The notes under the pieces were generated by a model. It saw only the letters and a program-made list of their open reading frames with translations, ran no database searches and was not told where the DNA came from. Below, piece by piece: positions 10,859 through 21,337 of a stretch of DNA of 64,000 nucleotides. The DNA comes from a virus. Where the stretch lies: the IMG/VR virus record IMGVR_UViG_3300021977_000001; one strand, written 5' to 3'. Positions within the stretch are counted from its first letter, which is position 1; each line of letters opens with the position of its first letter. A program made the translations under genes and the position numbers.

Positions 10859-11980
10859 ATGTCAGATCAAAGCTACCTCTACGACTACGACCCAACTGGT
10901 CAGGCTGCTTCTAATTTAAGGCGGGATGAGAACCACGTCCTCACCGCAGATAATGGCGATAATTATCATCTCATTATCCCCGACATCTCTCCTTTCTATA
11001 AGGAAGGATTTGTCCTTACTCACGAGGATAGCGCTGACCCCTTGCAAGTAGGTAAAGATTATATCTTTACCCATCAATACACCAAGCCCGAAGATAACTT
11101 GGGTGGTGATGCTTTTGGCAGCATTACCTTACTAGATCGCGAACTTAACGGTAACTTTACCATTGAAAGTTATCAAGTAATGGGTGGACCTCATAGTCAG
11201 GAAGGCAAAGAACTTCTAGCCGCTATTGGTAATCTAGCCGCGTTTGCTGATACGCGAACCATGGCAGATATCATCGGCTTGCCTGAATTCTACCCGCCCT
11301 CTGCACACGTTGTAGATGGTGAGGATCTAACTGACCTTAATCACGTTATTGCTGCTTTACAAGAAGTACGGGCGGCAATCAGTGGCGAGTATAAAGCGAA
11401 CCATACTCATGCCATAGACCAAATCTTAGGTTTAGAAGACCGCCTTAGCCAGATGGCTGTGGTTAACCGGTCTCACAAACCTGCGCCTGCTAATGGATAT
11501 AGCTTTGCTAACCAAGTGGGCTCAGTAGCTATTCGCCTGCCTAAACTTAATAATGCACTTCGTGTCACTGTAGAAGTAGCGGTGTTAAGTGAGGATGAAC
11601 CCACTATCTATTATCTATCAGGATTAGTAGGTAGTCGTTACCAAACGGTAGCAGGTGCTAGCTGGGAAGATACTACAGCGACTTATCAAGGTCATCGTCA
11701 TGTCCTAGATGCGTTCTTTACTTATGACGTCGATAATTATCCTACCATTTATTTAGGTAAGGACGATGCCTGGAGCAACCACCATGTGGTTATCCGATCG
11801 ATCACCATAGGGACGACCGTTCCTCAGATTTACAATCAAGGCTACGTGGTTTATTTTGCCAATGATGTGACTGGTGAAGCTACGCTTGTTGAGAAAATCC
11901 TAGGTTTGGATCGCATAGAAAGCCGTCTGACCAAGCTAAGTTTAAACTCGTTTTATCCCGGGCTATTTAAGCACATTTAA
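10859..11980 (+). CDS. tail/baseplate protein, phiKZ gp131-like family
   Basis: N-terminal YDYDPTG..N...E.H...IIPDISPFYKEGF..PLQVGKDY..YQVMGG..YPPSAH; paralogue of 12684..13772. Confidence 0.7.
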   Translation: MSDQSYLYDYDPTGQAASNLRRDENHVLTADNGDNYHLIIPDISPFYKEGFVLTHEDSADPLQVGKDYIFTHQYTKPEDNLGGDAFGSITLLDRELNGNFTIESYQVMGGPHSQEGKELLAAIGNLAAFADTRTMADIIGLPEFYPPSAHVVDGEDLTDLNHVIAALQEVRAAISGEYKANHTHAIDQILGLEDRLSQMAVVNRSHKPAPANGYSFANQVGSVAIRLPKLNNALRVTVEVAVLSEDEPTIYYLSGLVGSRYQTVAGASWEDTTATYQGHRHVLDAFFTYDVDNYPTIYLGKDDAWSNHHVVIRSITIGTTVPQIYNQGYVVYFANDVTGEATLVEKILGLDRIESRLTKLSLNSFYPGLFKHI

Positions 11981-12025
11981 AACGACCATCTTATTCACTC
12001 CTAATTCTGTTTGAGGTGCCCTCTA

Positions 12026-12610
12026 ATGGCCGATAATGATACTACGACAAATGCCGTACCAACTGTAAGAGAGCTGGTTAACGGACAATACGACCGACTC
12101 AGTAAGTTAGCTGAAGGTTCACGCACGTCTGAAGACATGTTCTATAATGCCAAGGCATTACAAGAAATCCAAAAGGCTGACATCTACAGCCTAACCGAAG
12201 CTGCTATCACCGCCGCCCACGATGCAGCAGGTGCTCGCGATGCGGTTAACCAAGCTGTTATTGACGCCCAGGCGTTTAACACGCTTTATGATGAAGGTCG
12301 CGTAGCGCGTACTATGGTTAACGACATGGCTCCAGATGGTGACCTTGTACCATGGTCTACCTGGCTAGCCGATGTAACTGAAGAAGCAGTAACGCGTACA
12401 TTGCCTTCAGATGATGCCATTCTTGATGGTTCTGAGATTATCATTAAAGATCGTTACGGTCGTGCTAGCAATAACGCTATTAATATTGCTGGACCGATTG
12501 AAGATGTGGCTGATGAAGATCCATTGACAATTTCATCAGATTACGGTTGGGTTTGGTTACGTTGGATGAAAGCGGAATCAAAATGGATTGTTATCGCTGG
12601 TGCGGTATAA
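12026..12610 (+). CDS. tail fibre/baseplate-associated protein
   Basis: ATG 12026 with GAGG RBS; C-terminal TLP...GSEIIIKDRYGRASNNAINI...LTISSDYGWVWLRW resembles the T4 gp34/gp9-10-type repeat domain. Confidence 0.55.
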   Translation: MADNDTTTNAVPTVRELVNGQYDRLSKLAEGSRTSEDMFYNAKALQEIQKADIYSLTEAAITAAHDAAGARDAVNQAVIDAQAFNTLYDEGRVARTMVNDMAPDGDLVPWSTWLADVTEEAVTRTLPSDDAILDGSEIIIKDRYGRASNNAINIAGPIEDVADEDPLTISSDYGWVWLRWMKAESKWIVIAGAV

Positions 12611-12630
12611 TCACTGATCATAAACACATC

Positions 12631-12664
12631 GATGGGTAGGGTAAATCCCTACCCATCTATGCAA
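12631..12664 (+). terminator. hairpin + CTATGCA
   Basis: gatgggtaggg/ccctacccatc 11-bp stem. Confidence 0.65.
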
Positions 12665-12683
12665 TCTCACTAAGGAGCGGGTT

Positions 12684-13772
12684 ATGTTACCTGAATTACA
12701 AAAGTACCCTTTTGATCCTACGGCGGTGGCATCAACCAACGCGGTCTCGGGTGAAATTATCACCTTAGACACGGTGAGCAATCAGATCATCGTCCCTACC
12801 TATACGCCGTTCTACGCGCAAGGGTTCAGTCTGGCCCCGGTAGGTGGAAATCCTTTAGTCCCAGGTGATGACTATAAACTCGTCTATCTTTACCAAGAAG
12901 CTACCATGGACACGGGTCATGAGGTAGTAACAGCCGTAGCGCTGTTAAACGATAACCTTACTGTCGATGAGCTAGTGCTCAGTTATCAAACGGTAGGTGA
13001 ACGTTATGCTTCAGAAGCTGCTGCTATCCACGAGGTACTTACTACGCTTAACGTTTCTGATCTAACCGTCCATTGGGATGATATTAAGAACAAGAAAGAA
13101 GAGTATCCGCCGGAAGATCACAAACACAGCGGTTACGATTTGGTTGGTCTAAGTGAGTTGGTGGAGAGTATTGGTAATGTTAAAGACGCCATCGATATTT
13201 CTAACGAAGCGTTTGTTGAGCAAATCCTTAAACAACTTGCTAAGAAAACCTCAGACGTTGGCCGTACTAAGCTGATTACGCAGGACGAGGCTGCATTCTT
13301 ACCAGGCGACTACGTTGGACCCTTACGTTTGTTGATTGAAAGATCAATAGATCAAAATGCCATCAATGTCATTGAGTTTGAAATTGTATCACCAAAAGGG
13401 GTAGCACGATACTCGCTGTCTTATAAAGAAATAGAACACGATAATGTTTCTGTTTATTTACACGGCTCTGAGTTATCAGGCGAACGTATTAAGTACTATT
13501 TTGAGTATTTTGATGCGACACGCAACGCTCTATACATAGAGCTAGACGACAACGAGCAGAATTGGGACGAATCCCATCTGTGTGTAACACGAATGACAAC
13601 CTCATGTCTTAGCGGGGAACGTTACCGTACAGGGTGGTTGTGGGGTAAAAACCCAGATCTTACGGATAAGGAAATGCGCTCTGCCGAAAGTGAAACGAAG
13701 AATTTACTGGTAGAGATTGAAGAAGTAAACACCGAATGGCGCAACTACGTTGACCGTCCGGAGAGCTTCTAA
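12684..13772 (+). CDS. tail/baseplate protein, phiKZ gp131-like family (paralogue 2)
   Basis: YPFDPTA..N...E...IVPTYTPFYAQGF..PLVPGDDY..YQTVG..YPPEDH aligns by eye with 10859..11980. Confidence 0.7.
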   Translation: MLPELQKYPFDPTAVASTNAVSGEIITLDTVSNQIIVPTYTPFYAQGFSLAPVGGNPLVPGDDYKLVYLYQEATMDTGHEVVTAVALLNDNLTVDELVLSYQTVGERYASEAAAIHEVLTTLNVSDLTVHWDDIKNKKEEYPPEDHKHSGYDLVGLSELVESIGNVKDAIDISNEAFVEQILKQLAKKTSDVGRTKLITQDEAAFLPGDYVGPLRLLIERSIDQNAINVIEFEIVSPKGVARYSLSYKEIEHDNVSVYLHGSELSGERIKYYFEYFDATRNALYIELDDNEQNWDESHLCVTRMTTSCLSGERYRTGWLWGKNPDLTDKEMRSAESETKNLLVEIEEVNTEWRNYVDRPESF

Positions 13773-13856
13773 ATTATCCTATGAGTTCACAGTAGTACGT
13801 GTACAATTAAGGCCGTTTATCGTCTTATAATTGCTTAATTAACGAAGGTGACATTG

Positions 13857-14441
13857 ATGCCTTATGATTTATATACACTACTGCCTACATCCAGCAATGA
13901 TACCGAGATAATCGAACGTTATCACTACCCTAAACTCGGACTGCGTGATGTCATGTTTGCAAGCCGCGTACTAGGCCGTGAAAGTAATGCGTCAAGTACT
14001 CGGTATCGGACGTTGAAGGCTGAGACTCAACAGTCATCAAGTTTATCACGCGATGCGTTTAGAACTGCTAGCGGCGATGCAGGTGTGTTTAAACCCTACC
14101 TGCAGCTCGATGGGCGTGGGGTGTTAAGTGCTGTTCACGGCATGAATCAACCCATGCGCCTACGCATTACAGTCGATGGTGAAGAAAGTGTGACGTATAG
14201 TAACAACTGGGACTATCGTCATCTTATCTGGGGTTATTGGATGCAAGGATCGGTTGAGGGATCAGCTAATGGTTTCTTTTTCTATAAAGGAAGAGAAGCG
14301 ATTACCGATGAATACCGGCAGAACTTCTTTAAGGGTGGGGTTCATTTTGAATCTCAACTTAAAATAGAATACGCTAACCGTTACAGCTGGAGTTCTAGAC
14401 AGACGCTAAGTTGTGATTATTTACTAGGAGATGAGACATGA
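13857..14441 (+). CDS. hypothetical tail-cluster protein
   Basis: ATG 13857 with GAAGG RBS; ATGA overlap with next gene. Confidence 0.55.
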   Translation: MPYDLYTLLPTSSNDTEIIERYHYPKLGLRDVMFASRVLGRESNASSTRYRTLKAETQQSSSLSRDAFRTASGDAGVFKPYLQLDGRGVLSAVHGMNQPMRLRITVDGEESVTYSNNWDYRHLIWGYWMQGSVEGSANGFFFYKGREAITDEYRQNFFKGGVHFESQLKIEYANRYSWSSRQTLSCDYLLGDET

Positions 14442-14863
14442 GTGGTGTCAAAACTATAGTGTCGACCGAGAACCTAAGTCGACCCGGTGAGGAACCGGCT
14501 GACGGCGATCAGATAAGGCACAAATATTCTGACGGCACCGGTAAAGTGATTGTCTATCAAGAAGAAAGCATAGGTGTCGATACAAGCGATACTTTCATCA
14601 TCACTGTAGCTGCGTTTCTAGATCGGTTAGATATAGGTTCAAAGTTAGATACAGTGTACGCGTGGGCTCAGTCAGGTAAGAGCGCCAATCCTCCAGACAT
14701 GACGCTTTACAAGTACCTGACTAATCTCAAACAACGACGTTACATAGACCTGAACGATCCTCGTCTTCGTACCGTTATTGAATCGCTTAACCTCTACACC
14801 GAAGATGACCTTACGGCTATCTTTGCTCCAGCCACATTTATTGAAATCCCAGCGGGACTATAA
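14438..14863 (+). CDS. tail-fibre-associated / assembly protein
   Basis: ITVAAFLDRL...YIDLNDPRL...IFA motif typical of small genes beside tail fibres. Confidence 0.5.
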   Translation: MSGVKTIVSTENLSRPGEEPADGDQIRHKYSDGTGKVIVYQEESIGVDTSDTFIITVAAFLDRLDIGSKLDTVYAWAQSGKSANPPDMTLYKYLTNLKQRRYIDLNDPRLRTVIESLNLYTEDDLTAIFAPATFIEIPAGL

Positions 14864-14875
14864 GGAGATGCTGTT

Positions 14876-15466
14876 ATGGCCTCAGTGACCACCCCCGGTG
14901 GAACCATATTGAAACCGGTCCAGCTGCGACGGTCTATCACCCCCAATGCAGTACCCACGCCAAGTATTGTAGAAGAAGGTGAACTTGCAGCTAACATCAA
15001 AGACCTAATACTTTATACTAAAGATAACGAGGGCAACATCGTTAAGTTAGGTCAGAACTACGATGCCATATTGGCCGCTCACTTTCAAGCAAGGAATCCC
15101 CATGGGACTACCAAGGCTGATGTGGGTTTAAGTAATGTACCTAATGAGAACTTAAAACCTCTGTATTACTACAATTCAGGTTCTCGCACACTTAACACTC
15201 CACGTATCATGACTCGCATGGATTATGCAGCGGCAGCTAACGTTACCTACACGATAGATGCCTCTATGTATGCTGTTGGTGACCAGTTTGAAATTGCCCG
15301 TTTAGCAGACAGTGCTGGTGAGATAACTATCGCATTGAACGCAGGCGATTGGCTAATAGACGGAGCACGTAGCGCCACCGACCTACGCATTAATGAGCAG
15401 ACGTTCATGGCCATTCTAACAAAAGCACAATCTGACCTATGGACTGTTAAAGTTCAATATGTCTAA
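14876..15466 (+). CDS. short tail-fibre adaptor (Mtd-N-like domain)
   Basis: VQLRRSITPNAVP...EEGELAANIKDLILYTKD N-terminal domain plus NPHGTTKADVGLSNVPN fibre repeat. Confidence 0.65.
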   Translation: MASVTTPGGTILKPVQLRRSITPNAVPTPSIVEEGELAANIKDLILYTKDNEGNIVKLGQNYDAILAAHFQARNPHGTTKADVGLSNVPNENLKPLYYYNSGSRTLNTPRIMTRMDYAAAANVTYTIDASMYAVGDQFEIARLADSAGEITIALNAGDWLIDGARSATDLRINEQTFMAILTKAQSDLWTVKVQYV

Positions 15467-15493
15467 CGTTTTATTAATTAGGAGTATCTACTC

Positions 15494-18373
15494 ATGACTA
15501 ACTTAGCCAATCGGCTCCCCGATAGTCAACCGCCTCTGTCGGCTGCTGCCTTTAACGCACGACGTGATATTAACCGTGACAAGTACGCCGCGTCGGGCTA
15601 TATCGAACCTGGAAGACATTACGACGGGGCCTTTGCTGATGACGTATTCGGCCCTGGTGGTATGTGGACATCAAATGCAATTGTGCAAGGTATTCGATTT
15701 GGTCGCAATAGCCGTGACTCTACAGGAACGTCTAACTCTGGCAATCCTATCTTTCATGTTGACGGTTTGGTTATTACAATGGCCGGACTTAACTGGGTAA
15801 ATGAAGAGAATAATCAAATCGATCTTCCCGCCGCCCCTACCGGACAGATAGAAACTACCACGTTAACAACGCGTGATTACGCACAAGGTGACCACGTTGT
15901 AGTTGGCAACGACATTTACGTATGTATACATCCTGATGGGTCTGTTGCAGGCGATGTGTTGTCCGATACTGATCTATTTGAACGTGATGATGTGGTATCG
16001 CGTGAAGACCTAATCGGGTTAGAAGTTTTTCTAGTGCAACTCGGTGATGGAAATGGTGCAGTAGACGCCGTTTACCCGCACGGTAACGTACAGTACACCC
16101 CTACCACCGTCGATGGCCAGTTCTCACTAAGTTCAAACGCCATGCCTCAAAGCTACAGTGCAATGTTTTTAGGCGATACTGATACAGTTGGTCGTGGTCT
16201 TAAGTGGTCTACGCTAACGCCGGAACAGCGTAATCTGTGGGCGCAAAAGGCATCAAACAACATTTATGTTGAAGACGGTAAATATTTCCAATGGCAATAC
16301 CGTGCTCGTGTTTTTAAATCACGCGGCGGCCAGTGGCATGTAGCTACAGCTTGGGACTCTACCTCCTGGGCTATTCGAGATAGACGAAACTCTGATCAAA
16401 GTACGACCAATGGTCGCTATCCAACGCTTCAAGGCTCTGCTTTAACACCAAATCCAGATTCAGTTTCTACGCTTGATGCCGGATATACTGCTAGTTATTT
16501 CTTAACTACTTTAAATAGTGGTTTTCCATTAGAAGTCAATAAAGGCGTTGCCGCAACGGGTCCAAGTAGTAGAAGTTTGTCACGATCTGTTAATGGTATA
16601 GGGTATTTTTTATCACTAGCAAAGATTACACGTCTTAACCAAGGTGGTTATCATCCTGTCTATAATCCAACAGGTACAAAGACGTTCCGTCGTCAAGATA
16701 TCAACGGTGATAACCGCTGGGATAATCTTAACACATTCCAGCCTACTAGTACCGCTGAATGTTTCCAAATTGGTGAGACTGCGCAGTCAGAAGGTATTTA
16801 TATACATTCTGGTCTGTTAGGAAGTGCTAGATCTGGTCATCCTCAAGATTACCGTAGTGATATTGTATACGGTTGGCAGGTAGAAGACCTACGCATGGAT
16901 GCTCATGGGTTTAACATGACACCAGATGAGTTTGCTAATAAACTACTCTATAACAACATGCCTGCGATGGAACCTGCAAAAGTGTTGCGTGTGATGGACA
17001 CTGTTATTGAGGAGATTGTAGACGACTTTAGTTATTATGTCGAAGATAATATCTTAGATGAATGGGGTATTGTAGCGGCGTATCAGGGTGCCGGTTATCT
17101 TTACAATAAAGATAAACAGGAACTTATGCCTATAAGTATCTATCATCACAGCACGGGTCGTATCCTTATCCAACCTTTAAAAGATGAGATACAAGTTGAA
17201 AACATCGGACGATTCTATTCTTCAACTTTATTAAAGTCTGGTGATAGAAAATCATGGACGGTGGGTGACGTTGTTACATTTATAGGTTACAAGGAAACTA
17301 AGTACTACACTGGGATACAGGAGTGTGTCGACGTTATTGCCACACCTGAAAGGCTATTAGAGGCTTTCAGTGAATATGGTGTTGACCGTATGGTTAACGC
17401 TCTATGGACACCGGCTGAACTTGGCTCTAATCCAGGCGCAGGTGTAGTTGTCAAGGCGCGTCGTAAAGTTGAAAACGCTTATAACGCTTACATTAAATAC
17501 TCGGATAGAATCTCAGTTAAAACGGACTATAACAATGATTTTGAGTTTAATGGCAATGCTGCAAGTCTGATCGAGGATGAAACAGCGTTTGTTATGTTTA
17601 CTTATAACACCCCGTCCGTGGCTTTAACACCATATAACTTCGGTTATCGTTTGTTAGATGGTGAGTTTGGATCAGCGTGGATTACTGACAATAATGCTAG
17701 TGGTGAAGGCGGGACGCTAGCTTACAATCTAATAGGTAAGGTTCCAGTTAATCTTGCATACAACGAAGCTATAGCACTGCAGATCCAAAAAGCAGGCATG
17801 CAGTACAATAGTCTTGATTTTGACTCCGTTGCTACGTCGTCGTATTCTGAAATCGCGCACACCAATATACCTTATATTTTTCTAGACGATGGTGTTAAAT
17901 TTGTACCTTTCTTTTCCATTAGCGAGCCTAGAGGTATTGTTAACGGTCAGGTGATGTTTAAAGAAGTAAGGGCAACTGAGAGTACGCGCGACTATCGTAC
18001 CATAGACGTTAGTAGTGCTGTAGAGGTATCTTTAGTCGCAGGTGAGCGCTTTAAGCTAGTAGGTACCGGTCTGACTAATTTTGACAATCGTTATTTAGTA
18101 GCATTGTCTACCTATACGGCAACATGGTCACCAGGTGCTTTTGAAGGATATTCACTCGACACTGATGACGGTAGGATCTATACTGCCGCCGGTCATATCT
18201 GGAGCGGCGCGCGTCTTGATGCGCTAGCCAACGCAGATAGCGGTACCATTGAACCTAGATCTTGGATGTTTTACGATAAAGATTTAAACCAAAACGATAT
18301 TCGCGTTGGTACAATGATAACCACTAGGCCTTTAGGTTTCTTACCAAAGCGTCAGCGCCGTAACAAAATGTAA
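15494..18373 (+). CDS. large tail/receptor-binding protein, paralogue 1
   Basis: 959 aa; conserved blocks shared with the next two ORFs (GDHVVVGNDIYVC, NNIY..FQWQYR, NQG.YHP.YN, SGHP..Y..D..DLR..AHG, C-terminal PLGFLPK); tail locus context. Confidence 0.65.
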   Translation: MTNLANRLPDSQPPLSAAAFNARRDINRDKYAASGYIEPGRHYDGAFADDVFGPGGMWTSNAIVQGIRFGRNSRDSTGTSNSGNPIFHVDGLVITMAGLNWVNEENNQIDLPAAPTGQIETTTLTTRDYAQGDHVVVGNDIYVCIHPDGSVAGDVLSDTDLFERDDVVSREDLIGLEVFLVQLGDGNGAVDAVYPHGNVQYTPTTVDGQFSLSSNAMPQSYSAMFLGDTDTVGRGLKWSTLTPEQRNLWAQKASNNIYVEDGKYFQWQYRARVFKSRGGQWHVATAWDSTSWAIRDRRNSDQSTTNGRYPTLQGSALTPNPDSVSTLDAGYTASYFLTTLNSGFPLEVNKGVAATGPSSRSLSRSVNGIGYFLSLAKITRLNQGGYHPVYNPTGTKTFRRQDINGDNRWDNLNTFQPTSTAECFQIGETAQSEGIYIHSGLLGSARSGHPQDYRSDIVYGWQVEDLRMDAHGFNMTPDEFANKLLYNNMPAMEPAKVLRVMDTVIEEIVDDFSYYVEDNILDEWGIVAAYQGAGYLYNKDKQELMPISIYHHSTGRILIQPLKDEIQVENIGRFYSSTLLKSGDRKSWTVGDVVTFIGYKETKYYTGIQECVDVIATPERLLEAFSEYGVDRMVNALWTPAELGSNPGAGVVVKARRKVENAYNAYIKYSDRISVKTDYNNDFEFNGNAASLIEDETAFVMFTYNTPSVALTPYNFGYRLLDGEFGSAWITDNNASGEGGTLAYNLIGKVPVNLAYNEAIALQIQKAGMQYNSLDFDSVATSSYSEIAHTNIPYIFLDDGVKFVPFFSISEPRGIVNGQVMFKEVRATESTRDYRTIDVSSAVEVSLVAGERFKLVGTGLTNFDNRYLVALSTYTATWSPGAFEGYSLDTDDGRIYTAAGHIWSGARLDALANADSGTIEPRSWMFYDKDLNQNDIRVGTMITTRPLGFLPKRQRRNKM
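15887..15915 (+). repeat. 29-bp exact direct repeat, copy 1 (copy 2 at 18839-18867)
   Basis: ggtgaccacgttgtagttggcaacgacat present in both paralogue 1 and paralogue 2. Confidence 0.9.
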
Positions 18374-18382
18374 TTAAACTTA

Positions 18383-18406
18383 TAGCCGGGGTTATAACCC
18401 CGGCTA
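18383..18406. repeat. perfect 24-bp palindrome between tail paralogues 1 and 2
   Basis: tagccggggtta|taaccccggcta. Confidence 0.9.
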
Positions 18407-18424
18407 ACTTTGGAGTATCTATCC

Positions 18425-21289
18425 ATGGGAAATTTAGCTAACCGAGTTCCAGGAGCGCTCAAGGCGCTGTCTAAAGCTCAGTTTGAAGCAAACAGACAAC
18501 AAACCAGAAGTAACCTTGCGGGTTCGGGCATTGTTGAATACGGTAAACACGACACCCGTAACTATGTGATGGGCGAGGGAATGTTCGCTTTTCAAAACTG
18601 GCCTCTCCATATCACCTTAGGACGCTCACCGTATCAAGATGCGACAGGTGGCACTAGTGATAGCAATTACCCTATATTAAATATAGATGGTATAAATGTT
18701 CATGTTCGCGGTGGTGGTGATACCTCTACCCATGTGGAATATGAGAGGATTAAATTCGATGTGAATGTCGTTAGGTTACCTGACGCGCCAGTTGCACAAA
18801 TTGAAACATCCACCACTACCACTCGTACATACAAGCGCGGTGACCACGTTGTAGTTGGCAACGACATCTACGTGTGTGTCCATCACGATGGTGCGGGCGT
18901 AGGTACGTCGCTGTTAAATGATCTTTATTTTGAAACAAGAGAATTAGTGACCGACGAAACGCTAGTGGGTATTGAAGTGTTCTGTGTGGAGTTAGGTGAA
19001 AGTGTGGACGCCGTATACCCTTATGGTAATGTTCAATGTCAGGAAACTGACTGGAATGGTTTCACATTAGATTCTACAGTCATGCCAGATCGCTATAGTG
19101 AGCTAGGTGAGTGGGATACAGAACCCTACACTTGGAACGATAAGACACAAATCTACGGCTATGGAAGACGCTGGAGTACTATGTCTGCGGCTGAGCGTAA
19201 TATATGGTTATCTGAACAAGGTAATAATATCTACGAAGAAGACGGCAAGTTTTTCCAATGGCAATACCGTTTGAAAGTAACACGCGGAAACGGTGAGGCT
19301 TGGGCGGCACCTAGACCCAACATACTTACAAATTCTGCAATTAGAACCTCAACGGGTAGAACTGCAAGCGCTAACGGAATGCTACGCGTTAGAGGCAAGC
19401 GCGATAACGAATTTAAAGACGTTGGTCCAGACAATGGTGCTATTTTACTTACCCATGGCCATGCTGATAGACCTGTTGAGGTGGATCCAGGCGTTGGCGC
19501 TACACGAAAAGGTATTTCAGCCGTAACTGACTATATATCAGATTCAGGCATCGCATACTACTTGCCAATTGCGACAGTGACAAGATATAATCAGGGCGCT
19601 TATCACCCTGTTTATAATCCAATGGGTACTACCACCTTCAGACGTCTGGATATCGACGGTAATAACGCGTGGCATTTTAGCCAAGTCTACAAACCTCAAA
19701 GCGTAGCTGATTGTTTTAGATTTACTGAAGAAGCTCAATCAGAAGGCGCGTTCCCATATGCCGGATACTACGCCTCGGGTAGATCAGGCCACCCTATGGG
19801 TTACATGCATGATGTAATTTACACGCATCTTGTAAATGACTTGCGTAATAGCGCCCACGGTGTTAATCTAAGTGCTGAAGATGCCGCTTATAATCTGACG
19901 TTTGGTTTAACACCAGGCTGGGAGCCAATTAAAAAGACGTACTTCCATCGCAGTACGCTTAGTGCAGTTTCGTCAAATCAAGTAACGCTGGCGTCGATGC
20001 CTGATGCAAGACACTCTGGTGGTTATTTATTTAACGTCACTAAAAATCTAGTTACCGGCTGTATGCGTTTCTCGGCAGATGCAGAAAACTTAGATATTCT
20101 TTCTAACGATGTAAATCCAAAGGCAATGCCGCCAGGTACCATTACTGGCTCAGCCGGAGGCACGTTAGAGGGTAACTGGGAAGTGGGTGATACGGTAATC
20201 TACATTACCTACGAATACGCTAACGTGTATATGAGAGAACACATCGCCACCGACGTAATAGGCTCTCCTGATAACATTTTAAACTGGTTACAGGCGCACG
20301 ACACTAATGTAGTATACGGGTTGGATTGGATGCCCGAGATCCCTGACGGAACGGTTAAATCCTTTAAGGCCACACGTCGTGCTATCGAAGTAGCTGATCA
20401 ATCACTTACTAGTAACGATGTAGGTGATAACTGGATAGCAGACACGTCTTTTATTGATAACTTCCTACTCCCTACCAACGCAAATGTACGAGAGATGTAT
20501 CTTAATCAGATACAGTTAATTCAGTACGTGTATCGTTCGGGGGTGATGGGTTTGAACGCACGCTTGCCTTATATTAATGGTACATTTAGTAGCGTATGGG
20601 CGTCTACGTCGTCGGATGACCATAAAGGTGGCTTGATGGCAACTACGTTATTAGGTGATGTTCCAGAAGGTAACGGTGCTAGCGCCCTGCGTTATGCTAT
20701 TGAACGCCATGGTCTTAAGAACCTAGGTGGTGTTTTCTACCACGACTCAAGTCAGTTACAACGCATTGCCCACGCTGAGATAGACAATTTGGACGCCTCG
20801 CACGGTATCAAGTACCTTATATCCTTAGGGTATAATGACGATACTGGGATGGTTTATTCTCAAGTGCATTATAAGAAGTTGTTCCACCAAGCTGATACAA
20901 TTCCTGTTAACGATATAGATCTTTCAACAAACCCAACTGTAAATATCGAGTTAGGTAAACGCTATCGTTTGCTCAATACACGCAATTCAGATATTGAGGG
21001 TGTTGTGTTATCTGCGATGAGAGATTTTACAGGGACGTGGTCAAATGCCACATTCGATGACCATAGGCTTAACTATGATGATGGTCGTATTTACCGTGAA
21101 AATGGTTCCTTTATGACTATATTTGAATTAGCACCTATAGGTCAATTCGGCGATGATGGTGAGTTCTACAGCCCTGTTGAAGTAACAGGTATAGCGGCCT
21201 ATGATGATTTAAATGGTCGCCGTTGCATATCTGGTAGCATGCTAAGTAGAAACCCGCTTGGGTTCCTTCCGAAAGACGGCCGTCGTTAA
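18425..21289 (+). CDS. large tail/receptor-binding protein, paralogue 2
   Basis: Start reassigned to ATG 18425 (MGNLANR; same GGAGTATCT RBS spacing as paralogue 1); same conserved blocks. Confidence 0.65.
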   Translation: MGNLANRVPGALKALSKAQFEANRQQTRSNLAGSGIVEYGKHDTRNYVMGEGMFAFQNWPLHITLGRSPYQDATGGTSDSNYPILNIDGINVHVRGGGDTSTHVEYERIKFDVNVVRLPDAPVAQIETSTTTTRTYKRGDHVVVGNDIYVCVHHDGAGVGTSLLNDLYFETRELVTDETLVGIEVFCVELGESVDAVYPYGNVQCQETDWNGFTLDSTVMPDRYSELGEWDTEPYTWNDKTQIYGYGRRWSTMSAAERNIWLSEQGNNIYEEDGKFFQWQYRLKVTRGNGEAWAAPRPNILTNSAIRTSTGRTASANGMLRVRGKRDNEFKDVGPDNGAILLTHGHADRPVEVDPGVGATRKGISAVTDYISDSGIAYYLPIATVTRYNQGAYHPVYNPMGTTTFRRLDIDGNNAWHFSQVYKPQSVADCFRFTEEAQSEGAFPYAGYYASGRSGHPMGYMHDVIYTHLVNDLRNSAHGVNLSAEDAAYNLTFGLTPGWEPIKKTYFHRSTLSAVSSNQVTLASMPDARHSGGYLFNVTKNLVTGCMRFSADAENLDILSNDVNPKAMPPGTITGSAGGTLEGNWEVGDTVIYITYEYANVYMREHIATDVIGSPDNILNWLQAHDTNVVYGLDWMPEIPDGTVKSFKATRRAIEVADQSLTSNDVGDNWIADTSFIDNFLLPTNANVREMYLNQIQLIQYVYRSGVMGLNARLPYINGTFSSVWASTSSDDHKGGLMATTLLGDVPEGNGASALRYAIERHGLKNLGGVFYHDSSQLQRIAHAEIDNLDASHGIKYLISLGYNDDTGMVYSQVHYKKLFHQADTIPVNDIDLSTNPTVNIELGKRYRLLNTRNSDIEGVVLSAMRDFTGTWSNATFDDHRLNYDDGRIYRENGSFMTIFELAPIGQFGDDGEFYSPVEVTGIAAYDDLNGRRCISGSMLSRNPLGFLPKDGRR

Positions 21290-21298
21290 TTAAACTAA

Positions 21299-21320
21299 AG
21301 GGGCTGGATATCCAGCCCCT
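21299..21320. repeat. perfect 22-bp palindrome between tail paralogues 2 and 3
   Basis: aggggctggat|atccagcccct. Confidence 0.9.
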
Positions 21321-21337
21321 AACTTGGAGTAAAGTTC

